Assembly (NCBI GenBank): GCA_963706025.1
Contig: CAVPLM010000005.1
Location: 960,001-1,024,000 of the forward strand
Source of the DNA: an uncultured Actinomycetes bacterium
GTDB lineage: Bacteria > Actinomycetota > Thermoleophilia > RBG-16-64-13
Direction: 5' to 3'
Length of the DNA: 64,000 nucleotides
Part shown: positions 20,806 to 30,501 of the stretch, one piece after another
Layout of the letters: every line of letters starts with the position of its first letter
Position numbering within the stretch: position 1 is the first letter of the stretch
The notes under the pieces: model-generated
Seen by the model: the letters and a program-made list of their open reading frames with translations, nothing else
Told to the model about the DNA's origin: nothing
The model's database searches: none
Made by a program: the position numbers and the translations under genes

Positions 20806-21652
20806 GGCCCAACAACCCTTGAGGTCTGACGGCCAGGAATACCAGCAGGAAGACCGTGATCAACAAGTTGGAGATGGTGGAATCGAACACCGTCGTCAAG
20901 ATGGTGTCGAGAAAACCGAACAAGGCGGAGGCCAAAATGGCCCCCTTCAGGTTGCCCTGTCCGCCTATGATCACGATGACGAAGGCCATCCAGATGACCA
21001 TCCCGCCCATGTAGGGATAGACGGACATGACAGGAGCCATCAGGGCGCCGGCCGCCCCTGCCATAGCGCATCCGATCAGCATGGCGATGGCCGAGGCCCG
21101 GTTGACGCTTATGCCCTGGAGTGCGGCCGCCGTTGCGTCCTGGGCGGACGCCCGGAGGGCCCGGCCTATCCGGGTCCGATTGAGGAAGAGTATGAGAATG
21201 GCGATAAGGACGATCGCTCCAACGAATACCATGATCCTCTGAACGTCGACGCTCACACCACCGACGCGGACGACCTCGCCCTTGTACGGAGCCGGGACCC
21301 TCTTCATCTTGCCGACGCCCCACAACCGCCCCACGGCGACCTGCAGGATGAACACGAGCCCTATGGAAGCGATGAAGCCGGGGATCAACTGACCGCGCAG
21401 CGGCCTGAAGATGATTCTCTCGGTGACTGCGCCCAGGATCCCTACGAGGACGATGCCCATCACGAGCGCCGCGAAATACGGCCAGGAGTTGCGGGCATAG
21501 AGGACATAGATCGCGTAGGCTCCCAGCATGTAGAACTCGCCGTGGGCGAAGTTCACGATCTTCATGACGCCGAACACCAGCGTAAGTCCCACGGCCACGA
21601 GAGCGTAGAAGGCGCTGGTTATGAGGGCATTGGCTATTGTCTGACCAATCAT
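20795..21652 (-). CDS. livH: HAAT (Liv) ABC transporter permease
   Basis: GLTLVFGVMKIVNFAHGE, GRALRA, IIGG.G. Confidence 0.9.
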   Translation of the reverse strand: MIGQTIANALITSAFYALVAVGLTLVFGVMKIVNFAHGEFYMLGAYAIYVLYARNSWPYFAALVMGIVLVGILGAVTERIIFRPLRGQLIPGFIASIGLVFILQVAVGRLWGVGKMKRVPAPYKGEVVRVGGVSVDVQRIMVFVGAIVLIAILILFLNRTRIGRALRASAQDATAAALQGISVNRASAIAMLIGCAMAGAAGALMAPVMSVYPYMGGMVIWMAFVIVIIGGQGNLKGAILASALFGFLDTILTTVFDSTISNLLITVFLLVFLAVRPQGLLGHAE

Positions 21653-21736
21653 GTTTCTTCTCGATCTTATTACGTCTTGGCAAGAATCAAGCTGTCACGC
21701 GCCTTTCTGCTACCGGCAGGAGCAGAACACCAGATT

Positions 21737-21768
21737 GGTGGCTGGACCGCTGTCGCGACCCAGCCACC
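21737..21768 (-). terminator. Intercistronic stem-loop after the substrate-binding gene
   Basis: ggtggctgg ... ccagccacc inverted repeat. Confidence 0.45.
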
Positions 21769-21803
21769 CATATTCTTCTTCCGAGGCCGTTGCTCCGCCG
21801 CTA

Positions 21804-23188
21804 CTACTGGACCGACAGATTCCATTTCACGAGGTATTTCTCAAGAATCGCCGCGTTGTCGCCCTCTGCCATCCACTCGTTGATGTTTTTCCAGCCCTCG
21901 ATGGCCGGTTTCCCATCGCGGATCACGGTCATGGGCACCGTGGGGGCGAGGAGTTGGTCGATGCCGAAGTACGCCATGCCTGTCCAGTTCCCGGTCCCGA
22001 ACGACCGCGGAACATCCTTTCCGGCCCGCAGCGCCTGGCTGACCGCTTCCCCGTCGATGCTGCCCGCCTGCTGCGCGGCCCACACCCAGACGTCAAGCGC
22101 CGAGGCGTATTCCCAGGTGATCTCCGAGTACGAGCTGTCGGGGTACTCCGCTTTCCATACATCCCAGAATTCCTGGTAGGTCTTGCCGGCGGCAAAAACG
22201 CCTTTTCCAGCTTCGGATCGTCGAAGTCCGGGAAGTTGGACACCGAGCCTTCCATGAACTCCTTCGGGACTTTGGCCAGGATGGCGCCGAAGTCCCAACA
22301 GGCGGAGGTTATGATGCCTTCCCACCCCTGCAGGTAGGCCTGCTCGCAGATCAGTGCTTGATACTCGGGGTAGCAGGCTCCCAGGTTGATGATGTCGGGT
22401 TCACTGGCCAGCACCTTGGTCACGATCTGGGCGAAGTCGGTGGTATCCAGCGAGAAGGGTTCGTCGTACACCACTTCAAGGCCGTCAACTTCGGCCCCGG
22501 CCTCAGACCAAGCGACGGCGGCGATGCCGATCTCATCGTCCTGAGAGAGGATGGCCATCTTCTTCGCGTCCGGATACGTCTCCTTGATATAGCGCACGTT
22601 AAGTGCATGATAGGTGGGGAAGTTGTCCGTCACGGCGAACAGATAAGGCCTGTCCGCTTTCAAGTCCTGTGCGATGAGCGTGAACGAGGGGATCTTCTGC
22701 TCGGTCAGGAACGGTGCCATGGAGGCGCTGGTGGCTCCCCCTAGGTCGAGGATCAACGAACACCCGTCCTCCAACACCAGTTTCCGGGCACCGAGCAGAG
22801 CCTCGTCGGGGATGGCCTGGTTGTCATACTCGACGATCTCGAACGTATAGGTCGTGTCGCCGATCTTCACCCCGCCGGCTTCGTTGTACCAGTTGGTCAC
22901 GATCGTCAGACCTTCCATGCCGGGCAGGCCCCACGCCGCAGCCCCTCCGGTCAGGGGGGCGTTCATGCCGACCTTCACGACTCCGGTCGCACCTGCTGCC
23001 GTTGTCTCGGTCGGCGCTGCGGTCGTCTCGGTCGGCGCTGCGGTCGTCTCGGTCGGCGCCGCGGTCGTCTCGGTCGGCGCTGCGGTCGTCTCGGTTTCCT
23101 CTTCTCCACAAGCGGCCAACATTAGCCCAAGCACCAGCATCAGGCCAAGAGCTATCACGATGAGTTTGTAGCTGCTTACCTTGCGCAT
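21804..23188 (-). CDS. Liv-family substrate-binding lipoprotein (frameshift near 22200)
   Basis: Lipobox LAAC, PLTGGAAAWG, TDFAQIVT; C-terminus continues in ORF 21804..22325. Confidence 0.85.
23001..23095. repeat. 21-bp tandem repeat (about 4.5 copies) encoding a TETTAAP linker
   Basis: gtcgtctcggtcggcgctgcg units. Confidence 0.9.
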
Positions 23189-23607
23189 CTTCCCTCCCTA
23201 ATACGTCACTCCGTTACGGACTGAGTACCCCTGCGCCAAGCACTGTTTCCAGATGACTACCTCCTTCTGACCTCCCAGGTCTGTTATCGCGCGCTTGCCC
23301 ATGAGCGTCCAACCAGGCCGAGCAGATCGAATCGGCTGAGACACGTCATAACTGGGAAGAGGAGGATCGAAAATGGTGCGCGCGCACGGCAGTGACGCGA
23401 GTCGGAGCAGTTGCTGCCTGTCTGCGACGACGATCATCGCCCCTCCCCCTCAGACGCTCCTGCGACATGAATCACCTGACGGCAGTCCCACAATAGTCCT
23501 TCTCGTTGTGTTTTGTCTACCCCCCGGGAGAGGAACTCCTAGCCGCCCGCGGCGCCGCGTTCCAGAGTCCCGGACACTTGGTGAGAGAACCGGAGGTGCA
23601 GTACCGT

Positions 23608-24016
23608 ATGCCCATGTGGACAGGCCGGCAGCTCCTGACCTCGTACAACAATGGAAAGGGCGGCGTTGTCTCTGTGCTCGCCGAGACCTCGATCGGCGTC
23701 ACGTTCGACGAACGCGGCGACCTGGGCGGCCTTGCGGGCTGCAACTCGTTCTGGGGAGCCTACACCACGGACGGCGACACGCTCTCGATCAGCTCCCTCG
23801 ATTCCACCAACCTGTCCTGCACGGAGCCGGCAGGCATAATGGAGCAGGAGGCGGCGTACCTGAGCGCGTTGCGCGACGCCGCCACGTTCAGATACCAGGG
23901 GGGACGCGCTCGAGCTGAGAGCGGCGGACGGGGCTCTCGTCGCCTCGTACGAAGCCTGGAAAGCACCTCCCGGCGGGCTGTTTCATGGTGGTTCCCCGCA
24001 ACCGACCTCGCCGTAG
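23608..24016 (+). pseudogene. META (HslJ-like) domain paralog, no signal peptide, frameshifted near 23900
   Basis: GLAGCNSF..ST..SC.EP.G.MEQE; the shifted frame reads TLELRAADG..SYEAW..PPGG like the downstream gene. Confidence 0.65.
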
Positions 24017-24114
24017 GTGGGTTGGGCCGGGTGAAGTGCTGTAATCTATGAAGTCACTTTTGGCCGTCGAAGGCGATGGGGGTAGACGGCCGATGAACGA
24101 TTGGGGGATCATCC

Positions 24115-24594
24115 ATGAACGGCAAACAGCTGTTGGCACTGCTCAGAGCAGCCGTCGTGCTGGGTGCTCTGTTCGCGGTCGTCTTCTCCTTGGGTTGTGC
24201 CTCCACTGAGCCGGAGTCCGGCGCCGCGCTGCCCGGCACTTCCTGGGTGCTGAGCTCCTACGGAGACGGGAACGGTGGGCTGGTCTCAGTGCTCGAGGAC
24301 ACCCGTGTCAGCATCGCCTTCTCCGATAACGGGGACCTGGCCGGCTTGGCCGGCTGCAACTCGTATTGGGGCACTTACGCCACCGAGGACGACGAGCTGT
24401 CGATCGAATCGCTTGATTCCACTTCCTTGTCCTGCACAGAGCCGGCGGGCGTCATGGAGCAGGAGAAGGCTTGCCTGCAGGCCTTGCGAGATGCCGCCAC
24501 TTTCGAGATCGAGGGGGACACGCTCGAGCTGCGATCGGACGACGGAAGCCTCCTTGCCTCGTACGACGCCTGGAACCTGCCGCCGGGTGGCTGA
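24115..24594 (+). CDS. META (HslJ-like) domain lipoprotein
   Basis: Lipobox SLGC; LPGTSWVL, GLAGCNSY, MEQE. Confidence 0.85.
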   Translation: MNGKQLLALLRAAVVLGALFAVVFSLGCASTEPESGAALPGTSWVLSSYGDGNGGLVSVLEDTRVSIAFSDNGDLAGLAGCNSYWGTYATEDDELSIESLDSTSLSCTEPAGVMEQEKACLQALRDAATFEIEGDTLELRSDDGSLLASYDAWNLPPGG

Positions 24595-24810
24595 TTCCGG
24601 TGCCTTGCCGAGTAGGTCCTACTCGCAACTCATAGTAAGCAGCGCCCCGGCGGCGCGGCAGGCATCCCTGCAGGCCGGCCCGGAGCGGTCTCCAACCAGC
24701 AGCCGGATTGCGCCGCGAATCGTAGACGGGGTACGATAGCCTCATCGGCCACGGCCTTGCCGCCCCGGCACCCGGCCCGATCCCTAGCCCCCGAGCCCCC
24801 GACCTGGGCC

Positions 24811-25122
24811 CTAGCCCCCCGCGATCGGCGGGAATATCGCGACCTCGTCTCCGTCGTGGAGCGTGGCGCCGGCGCCACCCAAGAACGCGATGTTGTGACC
24901 GTTGAGCAAGACGAGGAACCCTTCCCTGATGCCTCCGGACTCGTCAAGGAGCCCATGTCTTTGCTCCGGAGTGGTGCAGAGTGCCTCGAGGAGCCGCCCT
25001 ATGTCCGCCGCTTGCCCAATGGCAACGCGGGACTCCTTCTGCCCGAAGAGGTACCTGAGCCCGGCGAACAGCCTGACCGTGACGCCGGTGTCGTGACTGT
25101 TCTCGCCCGCCTGCATGGTCAT
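24811..25122 (-). CDS. MoaD/ThiS ubiquitin-like sulfur carrier
   Basis: VRLFA..LLNG..DGDEVAIFPPIAGG. Confidence 0.88.
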   Translation of the reverse strand: MTMQAGENSHDTGVTVRLFAGLRYLFGQKESRVAIGQAADIGRLLEALCTTPEQRHGLLDESGGIREGFLVLLNGHNIAFLGGAGATLHDGDEVAIFPPIAGG

Positions 25123-26981
25123 TCTCTACGGCTCAGAGCCGTCGAGGGCAGGCCATCGATCGCCACCACGGTGGGCTCGTCGAGGGGCGCCGCGATCCCC
25201 AGTTCGCCGAGCTTCTCTGAAGTCGGTCTGCCGTCAGAGTCCCAACCGCGAAGCCCGTAGTACTCATCGAGCATCGGCAGCAGATCGACCACGCGGCCTT
25301 TCGAGGGACCTTCGGCGACCGGCTCGAAGAGCAGGCGCGGCGGCAAGGTATCGTCCGCACGGGTGAAACCGGCGCGGAGATTGAAAAGCCGCTCTAGGTT
25401 CCAGATACGCTCACCCGTCTCCAGGAGCTCGCGCGTTTCTACAGTCTCGCCCGTGACCGCGGAGAGCAGCCGAGCGAAGTGGTCTTCCTTCATGACATAG
25501 GCGGCGAACTTACACTCCAGAAGTGAGTCGAGCACGGCGTTGAGGTTCTGCAGGTGTATGAGCAGGGCGGCCTTACCGTGGACGGCGAAGCGGTCCACCA
25601 GCTCGGGCACACCGAAGATCTCCGGCCCCAGCATGTTGGCCCGCGCGTGACACGCGCCCCGGTTAGAGGTGGCGAAGGCTAGGCCTTGGCCGCTCATCCC
25701 ACGAGGATCGAAGGCCGGGATCTCGAGTCCCTTCACCTGCATTGCCAGCTCGGGACGCCCATAGCGGACGGCCAGGCGGCGACTGCCCTCGGCGAGCTCA
25801 TCGCCCAGGTCGCGCCGGTAGGCGGTGGCAGAGATGAGTTCGCGTAGCGCTGCCGCATCCCCGAAGCGCGGTCCGCCCCTCAGCACGCCCTCTTCGGCAA
25901 GCTCCATCGCACAGGCGATGGTGGCTCCCATAGTCATGGTATCGAGGCCCAAGCGGTTGCAGGCATGGTTGGCCTCCACGACGGCGCCGAGGTCGCCGAC
26001 ACCGCAGTCGGGACCCAACGCCCAAAGGCTTTCGTACTCGGGACCCTGAGTCGCGCCGCTCGCCGAGCGCGTGCGCCGGGCGCAGCCGATGAAGCAGCCG
26101 GTGCAGGCGGCGCGTTTCCTCACGAAGTCGGTGCGGAGCGCCTCGCCGCTGACGAGCTCGGCCGACTCGAACCGCGAGGCGCGGAAGTTGCGGGTCGGCA
26201 GAGCTCCCACTTGATCGAGAACGTTCAGAAGCACCGAGGTGCCGAACTCGGGTAGAGCCTGGCTGGTGATGGGGTTCGTCCTCAGCAAGGCGCGGGCCTC
26301 GGACACCACGAGGTCGAAGCTCCGTCTGTCTGCCGGCCCGGGCGACAAGCCGCTGCCCTCACCTAGTACCACGGCCTTGAGGAGCTTGGCGCCCATCACG
26401 GCGCCCAGACCGCCGCGGCCGATCTGTCGACCGCGATTGTTGGCGACCGAGGCGAATAGGACCCCTCGCTCCCCGGCCGGGCCGATCACGGCCGCTTCTA
26501 CGCGGCCGTGAAGCTCCCGCAGCCGGGCGAGCGTGGCCGGCACGTCGAGACCCCACAACTCCTGGGCGGGAAGCACGCGTATGCCATCGTCACCGATGAA
26601 GAGGTAGGAGGGTTCGCCGCAGGCACCGGTGATGACAAGGTAGTCGAGCCCGAGGCGACGCAAAGCCATACCGAAGCCGCCACCTGAGTTCCCGTCGAAG
26701 ATCGTACCGGTGAGCGGGGAGCGGGAACTGAGGCTGTAGCGCGCGGCCGAGGGCGCGCCGCTACCGGTCAGTGGTCCGATGGCAAATACGAGCGGATTGC
26801 CGGGCGCGAGCGGCTCCACTTCGTACATGCCTTCGCTCAGCAGCAGGTACGCGCCCAATCCTCGACCGCCAACCACCGCGCGCCGAACGTGCGGAGGCAG
26901 CTCCTCGCGCGCCGCGCTGCCCGCCGACAAGTCCACGCGCAAGCCGCGGAGCGCATGGCGATCCGTCTCCGTCACAGTCAT
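25119..26981 (-). CDS. aor: Second tungsten aldehyde:ferredoxin oxidoreductase family protein
   Basis: RSPLTG, GRGGLG, CTGCFIGC, PEYES, GACH, YY..RGWD. Confidence 0.92.
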   Translation of the reverse strand: MTVTETDRHALRGLRVDLSAGSAAREELPPHVRRAVVGGRGLGAYLLLSEGMYEVEPLAPGNPLVFAIGPLTGSGAPSAARYSLSSRSPLTGTIFDGNSGGGFGMALRRLGLDYLVITGACGEPSYLFIGDDGIRVLPAQELWGLDVPATLARLRELHGRVEAAVIGPAGERGVLFASVANNRGRQIGRGGLGAVMGAKLLKAVVLGEGSGLSPGPADRRSFDLVVSEARALLRTNPITSQALPEFGTSVLLNVLDQVGALPTRNFRASRFESAELVSGEALRTDFVRKRAACTGCFIGCARRTRSASGATQGPEYESLWALGPDCGVGDLGAVVEANHACNRLGLDTMTMGATIACAMELAEEGVLRGGPRFGDAAALRELISATAYRRDLGDELAEGSRRLAVRYGRPELAMQVKGLEIPAFDPRGMSGQGLAFATSNRGACHARANMLGPEIFGVPELVDRFAVHGKAALLIHLQNLNAVLDSLLECKFAAYVMKEDHFARLLSAVTGETVETRELLETGERIWNLERLFNLRAGFTRADDTLPPRLLFEPVAEGPSKGRVVDLLPMLDEYYGLRGWDSDGRPTSEKLGELGIAAPLDEPTVVAIDGLPSTALSRRE

Positions 26982-27219
26982 GGTGTGAGTATAGCCGATA
27001 GGCTTGGTCGCTCCCGCCGGCAGTGGCCCCCCTCTGCCCACCCGGAGGCGAGGCAGGCACCGGCCCCCGGTCAGGCCGCGTCGGGGTGGACGGCACAAGA
27101 AACGCCCCGCGAGGGGCAGGATTCTTGCCCGGCCTTCCCGTAGCGTGATACGCTGAGATACACCCTTGCGAGCATGGCAAATCGATCCATGCCGCGCTAT
27201 TCGATGGGGGTATTATCCA

Positions 27220-29862
27220 ATGGCAAGAAAGAATCGAGCGGTCAGCGAGCAGCCCGTGACCGCCCAAGAAGATGTATGGATCCATACGTCTTGCGGAGGC
27301 TGCTACGCCCAGTGCGGGATCAAGGCTCACCGGGTCGACGGTTTGATCGTGGGCCTGGAAGGCAATCCCGAGACGCCCGCCGGCAGCGGCCGGATGTGCG
27401 CAAAAGGTACCGCCCAGCTGATGATGCTCTACGACCGGTATCGGGTGAATTATCCGGTCAAGAGGACCAACCCGGAAAAAGGGGTAGGGGTCGATCCCAA
27501 ATGGGAGCGCATCTCCTGGGACGAAGCCATGGAGACGATCATATCGAAGTTCAAGAACCAGAAGGACCCCAGGGGGACCTATTTCCAGGCCACCACGGTC
27601 CAGACCAGCGAGATCCGTTTTGCCGTTCCCGCCTTCATGCGCGCCTGGGGTTTCAAGAACTACTGGGTATCGGGGGGCGGCCTCTGGTGCGGCAACGGCG
27701 CTCACTTCATGAACGGGATCATGCACGCCGCCTGGTCGATCATCCCCGATTGGAACTACAACAAGTACACGATCTACTTCGGGTGCTCGAAGGGGCACGG
27801 AGCGGGGCATGCCGCCCTGCAGAGCGCCCAATGGGTGGCGGATGCGCGGGCCAGGGGGATGAAAGCGGTGGTGTTCGACCCCTTCCTCTCTACCCAGGCC
27901 TCGAAGGCGCACGAGTGGGTGCCCATCCGCGTCGGAACGGACGGGGCCGTTGCGCTGGGCATGATCAATGTCATCCTGAACGAGCTCGGCATCTGGGACG
28001 CCCACTACCTCAAGCTGAAGACGAACGCCCCCTACTTGATCCAGCCCGACCAGCACTACAAGAGAGATCCCGAGACCAACAAGCCGCTCATCTGGGATCC
28101 CACTGACGGCCGGGCGAAGACCTTCGACGATCCGTCGATCAAGGACTACGCCCTCGAGGGGACCTTCGAGGTCGAGGGCACGCCCTGCACGCCTGCGTTC
28201 CAGCTTCTGAAGGAGCACGTCAAGAAGAACTACCCCCTGGAAAAGGTGGAGAAGATCACCAGCGTACCGGTTTCCACCATCCGCCGGGTCGCCACCGAGT
28301 TCGCCGAGGCGGCCGAGATCGGCCGGACCATCACCATCGACGGCAAGGAGCTCCCGCTGAGGCCGGCGGCCGCCATCTTCTTCCGGGGAAGTCAGGGCCA
28401 CGTGAACTCGGGCTGGAACTGTCTGGAGATCGACCTGCTGAACCAGATCGTCGGAGCCGCCGACGTACCCGGAGGATCGATGGGCCACGGGCCGCCGGTC
28501 TCCTACGGTCATCCCGACACCGGCAAGCCTGAGACGATACCGTACCCCTGCCCTGACGGCCTCATGGTCGTCAAAGGTTGGGTCTACGATCACAAGCCGT
28601 ACCCGCTCAGGGAGCCGGCGCCTCCCAAGCGGCTCGACCTGCAGGACCTGTTCCCCTGCTCGGTCTACAACGCCTTCACCATCTGCTCACCAGAGTGGGA
28701 GAAGTACCGGAAGGACTTCAACATCGACTACGAGCCGGAGATCATGATCAACTTCGGTTCCAACTCGGTGATGACGATGGCCAACGCGCACGAGGTCACC
28801 GAGAACTTCCTCAAGAAGTTCGACTTCGTGCTGTCGTTCAACATCTTCCAGAACGAGTTCACCGAGGCCGTCGCCGACATCGTCCTTCCTGACGCCAGCT
28901 TCCTCGAACGGTACACACCATGCGTGACCTTCCCCTCGACGTTTTGCCATCCCACCGGGATGGACCACTGGGTGTGGCAGATCCGCCAGCCGGTCGTCGA
29001 GCCGCTCTACGAACGCCGCGACTTCAACGAGGTGATGCTGGAGATCGCCAAGCGGCTCGGTGTTCAGGAGAAGTACTTCCAGGCGATCAACGATCTCATC
29101 CCGGTGCGGTACGGCGGGGAGATGTCAGAAGAGTACAAGCTCGATCCAAGCAGCGACTACTCGTGGCAGGACATATCGGACCGGGTCCTCAAGGACAGGC
29201 TGGGACCGGAGAATGGGCTCGAAGCCCTCAAGAAGACCGGCCTCGTGAAATGGCCGACGAAGGTCGAGGAGATGTACTGGCGGTGGTTCACGCCCGTTCG
29301 AGTGCCCATCTACTTCGAGTTCTTCCTCGAAAGTGGGGAGAAGCTGGGGAATCTCCTGAAATCGTTCGGCCGGGAGGACATGGCCGACCTACGGTTCTAT
29401 ACGCCTTTGGCCGAGTGGTTCCCCTGCCCTTCGCACGAGGATGAGAACCCCGATTTCGACCTGTGGGCCTTCAGTTGGCGGCCTTCGTTCCACACTCAGT
29501 CCTCGACCCAGAACAACCCCTGGCTGGACGAGGTGTCGGTGAACGATCCCTTCGTCTACCTGATCCAGATCAACGCCGCGACAGGCAAGGAGAAGGGGCT
29601 CAAGGACGGGGACGTCGTATGGGTCGAGAACCCCGATGGAAAGCGGATCAAGGGTCCGGTGAAACTCGCCGAGGGAGTACACCCCGAGCAGTTGGGGATC
29701 GCCGGTTGCCACGGCCACTGGGCGCGAGGCACGCCCATCTCAAAGGGAAAAGGCCAGTTCTTCGACGATCTCATAAGCCCTGACGTCAAACACACCGACT
29801 CGCTCACCCAAGGGACGGACGCCTGCGTCAAGGTCAAGATCTACAAGGCCGAGGGGAGGTGA
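27220..29862 (+). CDS. Mo/W-bisPGD (DMSO reductase family) catalytic subunit without Tat signal
   Basis: CGGCYAQC..CAKG, RVNYPVKRTNP, ISWDEA, TDGAVALG, ADIVLPD. Confidence 0.9.
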   Translation: MARKNRAVSEQPVTAQEDVWIHTSCGGCYAQCGIKAHRVDGLIVGLEGNPETPAGSGRMCAKGTAQLMMLYDRYRVNYPVKRTNPEKGVGVDPKWERISWDEAMETIISKFKNQKDPRGTYFQATTVQTSEIRFAVPAFMRAWGFKNYWVSGGGLWCGNGAHFMNGIMHAAWSIIPDWNYNKYTIYFGCSKGHGAGHAALQSAQWVADARARGMKAVVFDPFLSTQASKAHEWVPIRVGTDGAVALGMINVILNELGIWDAHYLKLKTNAPYLIQPDQHYKRDPETNKPLIWDPTDGRAKTFDDPSIKDYALEGTFEVEGTPCTPAFQLLKEHVKKNYPLEKVEKITSVPVSTIRRVATEFAEAAEIGRTITIDGKELPLRPAAAIFFRGSQGHVNSGWNCLEIDLLNQIVGAADVPGGSMGHGPPVSYGHPDTGKPETIPYPCPDGLMVVKGWVYDHKPYPLREPAPPKRLDLQDLFPCSVYNAFTICSPEWEKYRKDFNIDYEPEIMINFGSNSVMTMANAHEVTENFLKKFDFVLSFNIFQNEFTEAVADIVLPDASFLERYTPCVTFPSTFCHPTGMDHWVWQIRQPVVEPLYERRDFNEVMLEIAKRLGVQEKYFQAINDLIPVRYGGEMSEEYKLDPSSDYSWQDISDRVLKDRLGPENGLEALKKTGLVKWPTKVEEMYWRWFTPVRVPIYFEFFLESGEKLGNLLKSFGREDMADLRFYTPLAEWFPCPSHEDENPDFDLWAFSWRPSFHTQSSTQNNPWLDEVSVNDPFVYLIQINAATGKEKGLKDGDVVWVENPDGKRIKGPVKLAEGVHPEQLGIAGCHGHWARGTPISKGKGQFFDDLISPDVKHTDSLTQGTDACVKVKIYKAEGR

Positions 29863-29867
29863 GCTGT

Positions 29868-30497
29868 ATGACGCGCTACGGTTTTGTGATCGATCTGAAG
29901 CGCTGCTACGGGTGCTATTCGTGCCAGGTGGCATGCAAAGCCGCGAACCACACCCCGCGAGGCATCGACTGGGCCCGGTGCGTCCCTGCCGAGACGGGAA
30001 CGTACCCGACCTCTCTCCGCCAGATGCTGCCGCTCGTCTGCCAGCAGTGCAGAGAGCCGGCCTGCAAAGAGGTGTGTCCCACGGGGGCGACGACCCAAGA
30101 CGAGAACGGGATCGTCCACGTGGACCCGAAGCTCTGCATGGGCTGCAAAGCCTGCATCATGGCCTGCCCCTACGGGGCACGGCAGACGGTGAGCGGTTGG
30201 CAGACCTACTTCCCCGATGCCGAGGGTGAGCTCGACCCATACGAAGCTCATGCCAAGAAGGAATGGGAGAAGAAGTACGGCTACGGTATGGCCACCAAGT
30301 GCGACTACTGCATGGATCGTGTGAACGAGGGGCGTCAGCCCGCTTGTGTGGAAACCTGCCCGGCAAAGGCTCGCTACTTCGGTGATCTCGACGACCCCGA
30401 AAGCGAGGTCTCGATACTCATCAGACGTGAGTATGGATTCCAGCTCAACCCCGAGTTCGGAACCGATCCAGCCTGCTACTACCTACCACCGAGGTGA
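29868..30497 (+). CDS. 4Fe-4S electron-transfer subunit (NrfC/DmsB-like)
   Basis: Four ferredoxin Cys motifs; PACVETCP..ARYFGD. Confidence 0.92.
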   Translation: MTRYGFVIDLKRCYGCYSCQVACKAANHTPRGIDWARCVPAETGTYPTSLRQMLPLVCQQCREPACKEVCPTGATTQDENGIVHVDPKLCMGCKACIMACPYGARQTVSGWQTYFPDAEGELDPYEAHAKKEWEKKYGYGMATKCDYCMDRVNEGRQPACVETCPAKARYFGDLDDPESEVSILIRREYGFQLNPEFGTDPACYYLPPR

Positions 30498-30501
30498 CGA
30501 G

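Noticed and set aside
23001-23095. CRISPR-like repeat array
   Set aside because: Units are directly tandem with no spacers and encode a TETTAAP linker; no cas genes
26761-28593. Long antisense ORFs (this one, 15624..16901, 37858..39423, 57259..58470 and others)
   Set aside because: Shadow frames opposite well-supported genes in GC-rich DNA, with no recognisable motifs
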